Below are positions 49,836 through 62,313 of a stretch of 64,000 nucleotides of DNA, one piece after another (position 1 is the first letter of the stretch; each line of letters starts with the position of its first letter). A program made the position numbers and the translations under genes. The DNA is taken from assembly GCF_036321535.1 (NCBI RefSeq), contig NC_087436.1:107696001-107760000 (forward strand). Reading direction: 5' to 3'. The notes under the pieces are model-generated. The model was not told where the DNA came from and did not search any database. It saw only the letters and a list, made by a program, of their open reading frames with translations. The stretch comes from Camelus dromedarius (lineage: Eukaryota).

Positions 49836-52059
49836 AAGAAAAGCATGTTAAAGCATTGAAAGTTCTGAGCACAGGGTTTGGTACATATTAAGCACTCATT
49901 TGAGAAATTAAGTGATGTTAAGAGATAACTTGTCAGTCTCCTTAACTCTTTTCATCTGAAGTGTTAATCTAGACACCAGCGACCCAGAAAATCTTACCTG
50001 ACTTCCTCTGGGTAAAGTGCACTTTCTCTCTAATTCCGTAAATCTTTCCAAGTCCTCCTCCACATCAACTCTGATTTACATTACAATTTGAATAAAGCAC
50101 CATCAGAGCCCTCACATTTGCTCTGGGAGATCAGGAAATGTTTTTATGGAGGAAGCAACATTTGAGGTGACCCTTGAAAGAAAGGTGAGGATACATGGTA
50201 GAAGTTGAGGGGATTACACAAACAGCGTACATTTTCATGTTCCCTGGCCAGAAGGATCCATAGAGGGGTCTACCTGACATTTCGGGTTGCCACTGGTGGC
50301 AAGCCGGCAAGAAAATCAACATACTCCTAACTTGAGATTTCTGTACCATATTCTCTTGTCTGGCTAAAGAAGGTCGCCAGACAGTACTAGAGGAAGTGAT
50401 GGCATGCCTCCATCCTGTGAATGCACATTTTATGCCTGTTGCCAGTGATAAGAACAAATTTATGAGGAACCTGCTTGTTGGTGTTTGGCATGTATATGTG
50501 TGACTGTGGTGGTGATGGCACTAAAATACACAATATGTCAATATGTTGTGTTTTTCCGTTATTCCTTACTTTTTCCCATCTTCCATATGGCTCTGGGGCA
50601 AGATATGGGTATAAGAGAAAACCCGGATTAGGGTCTGCAAATCACAAAAAGATGTTTAAACCCTAAGATAAGAATGCTGTGTAGCGTTAGCTCATATTTA
50701 TGTAGGTACATACAACTGATCTTCTTTGTGGACGTCTTAAGGACTGATGACGTATACACCATGTATGTAGCTGTGTTCCACAGAAAACTTTGTTAATGGG
50801 CAGACCTAATAAAGGTACAAGTCTTCACTGATTTATGATGTAATATAAATGCTGTACCATTTAAGTTAGAAAATAAAATGCAGATATATGCTTTTATTCA
50901 CAATATATGCACAACCAAGCCAAATATAACCTCTTTTGAATCTGTTCCCATTGAAGGATTTTTTTTTTAAATACGGAGGAGATAGTTTAGGTTTTTATAA
51001 AACGTGAGTTCAATAAAAGCGACTTTCTTTTTCTGATAGCTCACCTTTAGCCAGCAAAGATAGTCCTCATTGCAACAACAAAGAATTTCAAACTGTGTTG
51101 AAATTAAGGCTATTCTGTCTTGTAAATCTTTATTCTGTGTTCAATATGTATGAATGTCTCTGGTGTGACTGAAGTTGTAAAAATGAATTTTGAATATTGC
51201 TATGAAGATTTTTATGATATAAAAACATTTTTTTAAATGTGAATGTAATCACAGTACTTGGAGGTGGTCTGTAGGGAGCCTAATTATGAGTAAAAGGCAA
51301 ATAGTGGCATTGATTTCAGGATGGGTGACTTTGAGAAGTACAGAGAAGCAACTGGCATTAGAAGATTTTTGTCCACAGTTCAGGGTGGATCCAGACATAG
51401 GAATGGGCCACAGGCAAGTCTTCAATTCCTAGGAGGGAAAAGTTTTAACGGTAAGTTAAGAGTCTCATTTTGTAGGAAACTGACATCCCAAGCAATTTAT
51501 CAGAACAGGGACCGACGGCACATATAGAGTCAGAGGTCAGGCACGTATAGCGTGTAAGATAGAGCTGGCTTGGCAGGAAAGGTTATCTATCTCATGGATC
51601 AAGAGCGATGCTCTGAAAGAATCCTCGAAGTCTCCACCTACAGTCTGGACTTTTCTTGGGAATTGGGAAAGAAGAATCTGTAGGTGGCCCCAACAATAAT
51701 AGAGGAAGAACTAATGAGGAAACCAAGATTTCAATAATTATGCTATAAGCTCCAAGAATAGAAAACCTGTTATTCTTATAGGCTGCTGGTGGAAATGCAA
51801 ATTGATATAACCATTCTAGGGGAAATTTCACCATTTAGTATGTATTAAAATATAAAAAATGTGCATACCTGTCCCTTCAAATGTTTAATTTTAGGAGTTT
51901 TATTATGGGTACATCATGCAACTACATAAAGATGAAATGTTCAAAGATATTGCTGTTTATAATAGTAAATAGACAATTAACTAAAAGAAAAGGTGGTAAT
52001 AAAGGAAAAAATAGGGTGATATAAAAACATTTTCAAATGAACACAACTGGAACAGTTTC

Positions 52060-55000
52060 ATCAACACAGGCTAACAGATACTATCAAATGAATTTTTTGC
52101 ACTAAAGAGAAATGATACCAGATGGAAATACAGACATAAAGGAAATACCACCAGAAATAGCAAATATGTGGATAAATATATCAGACTGTCTTTTTTTCTT
52201 CTCTTAATTTAAGAGCCACTTTATTATTTAGAGCAAATTAATTATAATAGATTATGGATATTATGGCATACATAGAAGTAAAACTCATGATAATGGACCA
52301 AGAAAGGGAGGTGAGTAAAAGGAGATATATTTATAAGAATCTTACATTATACATGAAGTAACATAACATGCTTTCAAAACATTACTCTATGACAGACTCT
52401 GATAAATTAAGGATGCCTATTGTAACCCCTAAAGCAATAATAAACACCATTACCAATAAAAAATATGAGAAAAAACTTAAAAAGTTAATAGTGTAGGTAA
52501 AAATGAATACTTATGTAAAATGGACTGATTTATCCAAATTAAGGTAGGAAAGAAAAAAAAGCAAAGACAGATGGGAGAACAGGAAACTAACAGCAAGATG
52601 GTTGCTAAAGACTCAATTATATCGATAATTACATTAAGTATAAATGGAGTGAACACTCCAACTAATTGGCAGAGACTGACAATAGGGAATCAAAAGCAAA
52701 GTCTGATTACGTGCTATTATAAGAGATGCATTTTAAATGTCAGGCTAAAAGTAAAATGATGGGAAAAGGTAACACCATGAAACACTACTCAAAAGATACT
52801 CAGAGTGATCATATTAACATCAAAGTAGATTTCAAGGTATTGAATATGACAGTATAAATTTTAAAAATGTTTAAAGAGTTAATTCGTCACAAAGGTACAA
52901 TTGTAAAGGTGTGTATGCACCTAAAACAGAGCTTAAAATAGACACATCCACAATTGCAGCTTGTGACTTTTAACACTCCTCATTAATTGATAGAACAATT
53001 AAACAAAAAATTTTGTTATGAATATAGGACAATTAAATAGTGCCACCAGCTTTGCAAGTCTCATTTATATATGGGGAGCAGTACTCCCCAAAACTGCAGA
53101 ACACAAATTATTTTGAAGTGCATATGAAACATTGTAAAGGTAGATCATATGCTGGGCTATCAAAAATGTCTGAGTTAGTTTCTAAGAATTTATATTCTTT
53201 GACCAAAATTAGAAATCAATAAAGAAGATATCTAGAAAATTCTCAAATATTTGGAAATTAAGTAACATACTTATACATAAACTGTAAAATCATAGAGATA
53301 TTTAGAAAACATTTCAAACTGTGTGGTAAGGAAAAGACTATATATCAAAATGTGTGAATACAGCTAAAGCACTGTTGACATTTTAAATGTTTATGTAAGG
53401 AAGTAAAAGGTTTGGAATTAATCCACTTTGGGAAATTAGAAAGACCCAAAATAAGTAGAAAGAAAGAAAATACTTAAAGAAGTAGAAATCAATAAAATGA
53501 ATAAAACTGGAGATAACTAATAAAATTCAAAGTGATTTCTTTGAAAAGTTTAATAAAATTCTTAACTCCCTGATAAACTGATCAAGGAAAAAGAGGGAAG
53601 CACAGTTATCAGTATCAGTAACGATGGACATTACCACAAATCCTAAAGATATTTAAAGGATAGGAAAGGAATGATAGGAATAACGTGAATACACTCTGAC
53701 AATAAATTTGATTATTTAAATTAAATGAACTAATTCCTTGAGGGACACATTTTTAAAACAGAAACATAGAGGAAAACAAAATCAAATAGCCCTGTATTTG
53801 TTAAGTAAATTGAATTCATAATTTTAAGTCTTCTAGAAAGAAAGCTCCACATCACATACTGGTGAATTTAATCAAGCATGTAAAGAGGAAACAGTATCAA
53901 GCATCGACAGACACATGCAGAAGATATTAACGCAGTACCAACCTGACCAGACCTTACAGGAGTGTCTGTATTCATGAGATACAAATATACAAATATACAT
54001 CATAAACATAGATGAACTGAATATTAGCAGATGAAATCAGCAATATGTAAGAAGCACAATACAGCACGACAAAATGGAGTTTATTCAAAAAATGTAAGAT
54101 TGTTTCAACATCCAAAGCTCTGTGTAATTTATCAAACTAGTGGACTAAAGGAGAAAAATAATATGATCATTTTAATAAATGAGGGAAAACTTTTTCAAAA
54201 GTTCAACACACGTTCATGATAGCAAACTGTCACCAAACTAGGAATTAAGGAGAACTTCCTCAATCTGATAAAGGATGTCTTCAAAAAATAAAAAAAAAAT
54301 CTCAGTTGACATGGTAATGGTGAAACCTTAAATCTCTTGGTCCTATATTCCCAAAGAATGCGAGGATTCTACTCTCACTCGTCACCTACTCTCATCATTC
54401 AACATTATACTCAAGTCCTAACCAGTGGAAGGAAGAATATGACCACAAAGCCATACAGGTCAGACAGGGAAAAAATAAAATTGTCTTTATCCTCAAATGA
54501 TACGATTTTTTTCCATGTAGAAAATTCCAAGGAATCTACAAATAAACCACAAAAAAAAAAACCCCAGTAAGTGAATTTAGTAGGGTTAAATTAATTGTAT
54601 TTCTATTTTTTTATCAGTGAATAATTGGAAAATAAAATATAAAATAATACCATTTTCAATAATACAAAAACATGAAATACTAGTAAATAAAAGTAATGCT
54701 AGACATGGAAGACTTATAAACTGCAAATAAGGTAATTCTAATTGAAGGACTAAATAAGAGGAGAGATACATCATAATATTAGACTGGAAGGTCCAGTAGT
54801 GTTAAGATATTATCCTCAAAATGCTCTATAAATTTCATGCAACCTCAATCAAAATCTTAGCAAACTTTTTGCTATAAGTTGACAAAGTGATTCTAAGAAA
54901 TTACATGAAAGTGCAAAGGACCTAGAATAACCAAGACAATTTTGAAAAAGAAAGAAATTTGATGACTTACACTACTTAATTTCCAGACATATTTATAAAG

Positions 55001-58000
55001 CTATAATAATCTAAAAAGTGTAGTTCTGGCATAAATATAGACAAAAAGAACAATGGAAAATAAATAGACCCACACATATATATTCACTTGATTGACCACA
55101 GAGGTGCCAGAACAATTTAGTGTGAAAAGAACTTCTGTTCACCAATCAGAGCTGAAACAACTGGATATTCACATGAAAGAAAATGAACTTTAACTCCTAC
55201 TTCCCCATCTTACACAAAAAATATATTCATTTTGAGTCGTACACATAAACATAAAACCTAGAACTGTTGTGCTGCTAGGAAAACAACAAGGAGAATGTGT
55301 TTCTGATTCTGGAGTAGGCAGAGAATTTTCAGATGGCACAGAAGTTAGTAAGTGTATGCTAAATGATAAATTGAACTTTATGAAAATTAAAAACTTCATT
55401 CATCAAAACATTCTGTAAAGAAAATGAATATGCAGGTCATTGACTGAGGGAATATATTTGCCATATATATACACACACACACACACGCACACATATACAT
55501 ACACATATGTGTGTATATGTATCTGATAAAGGATTTATATCCAGATGATAAAGGACTCTTCTGAACAACCCAACTTAAAAATATAGAAAATACTTCAGCA
55601 GACTCTTCATGAAGGAAGATGTAAAGTGGCTAATAAACACATGAACATGTGGTCAATATTGTAATAATCAGGGAAATGCAAATGAAAATGCAAATTAAAG
55701 CCACAGTGACATACCACTATACTCTCTCTAGAATGGCTAAAATTAAAAACTACTGAGGGTAATTTGATAGAGATTGCATTAAATCTGTAGATTGCCTTGG
55801 GCAGTGTGACCATTTTAACAATATTGATTCTTCCAATCCAAGAGGATGGGATATCTTTCCATTTTTTAAAGTCTTCTTTAATTTCCTTCATCAATGGTTT
55901 ATAGTTTTCTGTGTATAATTCTTTCACCTCCTTGGTTAGATTTATTCCTAGGTATTTTATTACTTTGGGTGCTATTTTAAAGGTGATTCTTTCTTTACTT
56001 TCTTTTTCTGTTGATTCATCATTAGTGTAAAGAAATGCAACTGATTTTTGAACATTAATCTTGTAACCTGCTACCTTGCTGAATTCTTCAATCAGCTCTA
56101 GTAGTTTTTGTGTGGACCTTTTAGGGTTTTCTATATATAGTAACATATCGTCAGCATATAGTGACACTTTTACCTCTTCTTTTCCAATTTGGATCCAGGA
56201 CATATTTCACAGAACTAGAACAAATCATAATAAAATTTATATGGAACAATCAAAGACCTAGAATTGCCAAAGCATTACTGAAGAGAAAGAAAGAGGCTGG
56301 AGGAATAACTCTCCCAGACTTCAGACAATACTATAGAGCTACAGTCATCAAGACAGCATGGTATTGGTACAAAAACAGACATATAGACCAATGGAACAGA
56401 ATAGAGGGCCCAGAAATGAACCCACAAACTTTTGGTCAACTAATCTTCGACAAAGGGGGCAAGAATATACAATGGAATAAGGACAGTCTCTTCAGCAAAT
56501 AGTGTTGGGAAAACTGGACAGCAGCATGTAAATCAATGAAGCTAGAACACTCCCTTACACCATACCAAAAATAAACTCAAAATGGATCAAAGACTTAAAC
56601 ATAAGACAAGATACAATAACCCTCCTAGAAGAAAATATAGGCAAAACATTATCTGACATACACCTCAAAAATGTTCTCCTGGAACAGTCTACTCAAGCAA
56701 TAAAAATAAAAGCAAGAATAAACAAATGGGACCTAATGAAACTTACAAGCTTCTGCACAGCAAAGGAAACCATAAGTAAAACAAAATGACAACCTACGGA
56801 ATGGGATATTCACATTTCATTTTTGCAGATGAAACCGACAAAGACTTGATCTCCAGAATATATAAGCAGCTCATACGACTTAATAAGAAACAACCAAACA
56901 ACCCAATCCAAAAATGGTCAAAAGACCTAAACAAGCAATTCTCCAAGGAAGACATACAAATGATCAATAGGCACATGAAAAAATGCTCCATATCACGAAT
57001 TATCAGAGAAATGCAAATCAAAACTACAGTGAGGTATCACCTCACACCAGTCAGAATGGCCATCATTCAAAAATCCACAAATGATAAATGCTGGAGAGGC
57101 TGTGGAGAAAGGGGAACCCTCCTTCACTGCTGGTGGGAATGCAATTTGGTGCAGCCACTGTGGAAAACAGTATGGAGATTCCTCAAAAGACTAGGAATAG
57201 ACTTACCGTATGACCTAGGAATCCCGCTCCTGGGCATATATCCAGAAGGAACCCTACTTCAGGATGACACCTGCACCCCAATGTTCATAGCAGCACTATT
57301 TACAATGGCCAAGACATGGAGACAGCCTAAGTGTCCATCAATGGATGACTGGTTAAAGAAGTAGTGGTATATTTATACAATGTAATACGACTCAGCCATA
57401 AAAACCGACAACATAACACCATTTGCAGCAACATGGATGCTCCTGGAGAATGTCATTCTAAGTGATGTAAGCCAGAAAGAGAAAGAAAAATACCGTATGA
57501 GATCACTCATATGTGGAATCTAAAAAAAAAAACAAACAAAAACAAACAAACAAAGCATAAATACAAAACAGAAACAGACTTATAGACATAGAATACAAAC
57601 TTGTGGTTGCCAAGGGGGCAGAGGGTGGGAAGGGATAGACGGGATTTCAAGACTGTAGAATAGATAAACAAGATTATACTGTATAGCACGGGGAAATATA
57701 CACAAGATCTTATGGTAGCTCACGGAGAAAAAAATACGACAATGAATATATATATGTTCATGTATAACTGAAAAATTGTGCTCTACAGTGAAATTTGACA
57801 CAACATTGTAAAATGATTATAAATCAATAAAAAATGTTAAAAAAAAAAACCCCAAAACTACTGAGGGAAGCAAATGCTGGTGAGGATATGGGGCAACTGG
57901 AACTTTCAGACATGGTTGTACCATTAGACAGTTTCACCAACAATCTTGGAAAACAGTTTGGAAGGTTCTTCTGATCTTAAACCTTTGCCTACTCTATATG

Positions 58001-58490
58001 CCAGCAAGTCCACTCCTAGGTATTTAGCTGAGAGAAATGAAAACTCATGTTCATAGAAAGACTTGCACAAAAATATTTATGGCCACTTTATTCAGAATAC
58101 CCAAGCAATGGACAGGAGAATGGATCAGCAAATTGTGTCAGTCATTCATTTCAGCAATAAAGCTGAGTAATCAGCTCATACACACAGTAGCATGGATGAA
58201 TCACAAAAACATTATCCTAAATAATAGGGGTCAGATGCATGTGTATTTGATGTGTAATTCTATTTATGAGAAGTTTTGGAACAGGCAACACTGATCTATT
58301 ATAGTAGAAATAAGTCGGGTGTTCTCTGCAGGAGGAGGATTCACTTTGAAAGGCATGAGGGGACTTGCTGGGGTGATGGAAGTATTCCATTTCTGGATAC
58401 GGACAAGGGTTACACAGTTGTCGATGTTTGTCAAAACTCATAGAACCATTCAGCCAAAATGTGCAATTTACTGTTTCAAAATCACATCTA
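52060..58490 (+). mobile_element. Old L1 (L1ME-like): inter-ORF region, decayed ORF2 and 3' UTR
   Basis: A-rich collinear ORF2 remnants ('ataattacattaagtataaatgga', 'ttctttgaaaagtttaataaaatt', 'gacctagaataaccaagacaattttgaaaaagaa') and 3' UTR 'tttgtcaaaactcatagaacc'; many stops and indels; continues across the young insertion. Confidence 0.85.
55760..57853 (+). mobile_element. Young camelid-type L1, 5'-truncated with 5' inversion
   Basis: 55760-56196 antisense ORF2 RT segment ([17 protein letters not shown]...FNAISIKLP); 56195-57853 sense continuation (RTYFTELEQ...[18 protein letters not shown]...), 3' UTR, AATAAA, A tail; exact 14-bp TSD AAAACTACTGAGGG at 55746-55759 and 57854-57867. Premature stops present. 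Confidence 0.97.
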
Positions 58491-58609
58491 AATTTTTCTC
58501 AGGAGAAAAAGAAAAAAATAATTATAGAATTCTGTTTGTGACATATTATTAAGGAAGAATTATAAAATTTATGACTTTGAAAGAATCCATTTATGTGAAG
58601 AAGTATTTT

Positions 58610-59130
58610 ATTGGCCAGGACTCATGATTACAAATAACAGAAAGATTGTACCTAGAGATTTATTAACAGGTATTTAGTAGCATGAGGAATATTCCAGAAG
58701 GTCAGGGAATTAGGCTTGCCTGCTGCCCAGTCTAGAGCAAAACAGAAAGGTAGTCACCCAGCCACCCGATGGGACTGCTCCAGGTAAACTCCCACTGCCA
58801 TCTGCCATCTGCCACTTGCACTTATGATGCCAGGGTGGAACCTCCATCAGAGCTACCCCCAGAGAACCAGATGTCTTCACAACTATAGCTTCAGGAAGGT
58901 CCCTATGTGAAACTCCTCTCTGTGTGAGGCTGCTGCCTCACGTTGCTCACTTCCCTCCCCTGCAGGACTTGTGCAGTGCAGTCTGCTGAGTGGAACCCTC
59001 ATTGCAAAAGACCTGGGAAATACGTTATCTTGTTTCTAAAGAACAGAAAGTTATGGTACAAGATATTGTACAATCCTAAAAGGAGATAGGAGTGGGTGAT
59101 AAATGAGGTAATCTGCTTTATCTGCCATTT
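58610..59130 (-). mobile_element. Ancient ERVL/MaLR-class LTR, probable 3' LTR of the adjacent provirus
   Basis: 'caggactcatgattacaaataacagaaa...gatttatt' end; on the minus strand a PPT-like 'gaaagggttgaaaa' precedes 'tggcagata'. Confidence 0.55.
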
Positions 59131-60243
59131 CAACCCTTTCGGTGCTTTGTACACATTCCTTTCCATGTGCAAAATTCCAAATAACAGTAGTATCCCAATG
59201 TGCTCACATTATTTTTTTTTAACATATGGAACCATCCTTTACAAAGACAAAGTTGGACCCACTGTACGTTCTCCAAGGGGAGGTACAAAGTCTTGTGAGT
59301 TACGACATCCACCTCTGGGTGTGTTTTTCCTTACCTTAGCTGAGCCATAGTCCTGCCTTGATGTTTTATAACCTGTGGACTAAGTAATGAATCTAACTAC
59401 AATCAACTTATTCCAAAAATACAGAGCCAAAAAGAAACTCAGTTCTGCACTTAGTCATGAAGCCATTGGTGTTATAATTCCCTTCCTCTATTATGCATTT
59501 CGTATTTCATTTTTTTTTAAACGCATTTGTTGGTTGGGGCTTTTTATCTGGCGGGATGAACAGAGCTTACAGTCTTGAAGTATTTGAGCTTTTGGTGTAC
59601 TTTCCTATATGAGTTGCTTTAGTCTTACCTGAACATTTTACAGTGGATTTGGAGACACTAGAAAGGACGCAGAGTGATCTAGAATGTTCCTCGTTGCCCT
59701 CATTATGTAACAGCAGTTTTCCATTGTAATTATGGTTAATAACCCTGTCCCTCTCGTAACATAAGGATCCCAGAATGCCCATATGGCAGTTCTAAACTCA
59801 ATGGAAGAACTACTCTCCTGGGCACTCAGACCTATAAATAAGCAGAACCTGGAGTCCTAGAGACCATAATTTTTTTTTTGTAAGTAGGTCAGTTGGTGTA
59901 AAAATACAAGGTACCATGCCCACTGTCATCCTTTGGTTTAGGCTGTGAGAGAAATAGCACAATATGCTGATTGCTTGTCAGCGCACACTCCTCTCCTTAG
60001 CTTCTCAAGGTGACATCTCCAAGCTGGTGCTTATCCTGGATCTTCCAGAGGCCACTGCATCATCCTAAGGTTGTCTTTTTCTTAGGAAATCCAAAGATGG
60101 TGTTGCTAACAGAAGTGTAACTAAGGGAAAGCCAGGCTATATTCCCCATGTTCTCACCCACTAGGCAGTAGGATCAGCACCCTAGGCTGTGATACCATGT
60201 CAAGTTTAGAAGTGGTCATTGTTGTTAACGAGTGAGACTTAGC

Positions 60244-60564
60244 TCTTTTTTTTTTTTTTCAATTATATAAGTTACGGGTGTATAGTGTAGTAATTTCACC
60301 ATTTTTGAGCTTATACTCCATTTATAGTTACTATGAAATACTGGCTATATTCCCTGTGTTGTACAATATATCCTTATGGCTTATTTTATACCTAATAGTT
60401 TGTTCCTCTTAATCCCCTACCCCTACTTTGCCCCTCCCTCCTTCTCTGTCCCCACCCTATCCACTAGTTTGCTCTTTGTATCTGTGAGTCTGCTTCTTTT
60501 TTGTTATATTCACTAGTTTGTTGTATTTGTTAGATCCCACATGTAAGTGATATCATACAGTATT
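60244..60564 (-). mobile_element. L1 3' end inserted in the provirus
   Basis: PolyT then 'gctatattccctgtgttgtacaatatatcctt...ttagatcccacatgtaagtgatatcatacagtattt'; TSD TGAGACTTAGC at 60233-60243 and 60565-60575; TT/AAAAA endonuclease site. Confidence 0.92.
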
Positions 60565-60917
60565 TGAGACTTAGCCTTTTTAATGGCCAGGCCAGATGTG
60601 GGGGGAAGTTCATGTCCCCCACATGAACATTTTGTTTTTGCATGGCCACTTGGTTCGTGGATACTTTGAGCCATCATGGCCATAGCTCAGGAAAGAGGTG
60701 AAATGACGTCTATGGAGGAGACCATTTTTATTGACCTTAACAGGGAGCATCTCCTCTGCTCCCCTCAGCCCCTGCCACGGGGGGCCCTGGTAAGCATTCA
60801 CATGGCCATACATATTCGGACACTGTGAGCTCATTCAGAGTGGTTTATCCAATATATCTTTCACAAATCTTAATACCACACTTCAAATCTTGATTATTCT
60901 AAGACTGTGCTACTAGC

Positions 60918-61477
60918 TCTAGGGGAGCAAACTTTGCCACCCTAAAGTGTCTCTTTGGCGTGTGGGTTATTTTGAGCTGAAAACAATCAAGGCCCAAAAG
61001 ACTCAGGAAGAAACTTTGACCTGCCTAAGTGCCTAAAAAAAATGTAGATAGAGGACCTATTCCAGGAAGGGAACAATCGGCATGGATAACTATAAGATGA
61101 ATTAGGTAAGGTAGACAGGGAAAAACCTAGCAAAGTCTGTTGTAAAATTCCTCTCTGTGTCCCATGGGCTCTGTGTGACCTAGCAAACCTTTATTTACCA
61201 AAATGCTTCTCCATCTCCATGTGAATTGCCTTCCTCACCTTTGAGGTCCAAAGCCCTACCCTCAAATCCTCTTTTGTCTTTAGCTGAAGATGGTATTTAA
61301 GGTGAGAGTTTTGGCTATTTTGGTGAGTTAATCAGTTTTCCTGGGTTTCTCCTATGTATACATGTTCTTAAACTTTTGTTTGATTTTTTTCCCCTGAAAT
61401 CTGTCTCATATCAATTTAATTCTTAGACCAGCCAGAAGCACCTAGAAGGGTAGAGGAAATTTTCCTCCTTCCTGACA
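60918..61477 (+). mobile_element. ERV1 solo LTR (MER34-like) inserted in the provirus
   Basis: 'ttgccaccctaaagtgtctctttggc...ttattttgagctga...tttagctgaagatggtatttaagg...cctagaagggtagaggaaattttcctccttcctgaca'. Confidence 0.85.
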
Positions 61478-62282
61478 CAGTCAGTTCCTTTAGCCATTAC
61501 CCATGACTCACCTCAGACCTTCATTCTTTCCATGCATAGGGGACTGTGGGATGTACTTCTTGCAGTTTTACCAGCTAGGAGCATCTCCTGCATGAATGTC
61601 CTTCAGGCCTCAACAAAATGAGGCTATAATATCACAGCATTCCAATTTCAGCTCAACATATCATGCAAAGCCTTCTGTAAGTCAGTTTTTTCCTTAGTCA
61701 TTTGGTTTTGGGAATTCTTCATGAGGGCTTAGATGTGGATTGAGGAAGACCTGATAGGACCTTAGGGGACCAGTGGTAGGCATGTTGGTTGTGAGAGCTA
61801 ATTATGCAAATTTACTTGTGCCTCCAAGGATCTTCTTGTACTTACTTCATCTTGTATATCTAGCTTCCCCTTGATCATGGATACTGCTGGGGATACCTAA
61901 GTCAGTTTCTTTTTGGAGGAACAGTTATCTACCTTTTCATGGTGAGGTATTCAGTCTCTCCAGAAGTCCAAAAGCAAGCCAAGAACTATTTTTCAAAAGA
62001 AGAATAGCTACCTGCCTAAAGGGGCATGGGTTTGCTTCATCCCACTGTGATTCTCTTTCTAAGGCTTGTAGTAGGCTCCATTGAGCCTCCTTGCCAACCA
62101 GGGACATTTTAGGCAGCATCCTATCTACTGTAGGAGTCAAATGGCATAGCTGCTTCAACTGAAGTTCCTGAGTTCCTCTGGAGCCTGGTAGCCATACAGG
62201 TTAATTAAGTAAATGGGAACAGTATATCCATATGATGTGTGTGATGTTTCCAAAAATGAAATGAGACTATTACATATTGCCC

Positions 62283-62313
<31 letters not shown>

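Noticed and set aside
55607..57364. Long ORFs with reverse transcriptase motifs (198, 113, 192 aa) as a novel RT system
   Set aside because: They are pieces of one dead L1 ORF2; the opposite orientations are explained by the 5' inversion.
60596..60628. Overlapping inverted repeats (ATGTGGGGG/CCCCCACAT and GTTCATGT/ACATGAAC)
   Set aside because: Short, inside decayed ERV-L coding sequence, with no reason to infer function.
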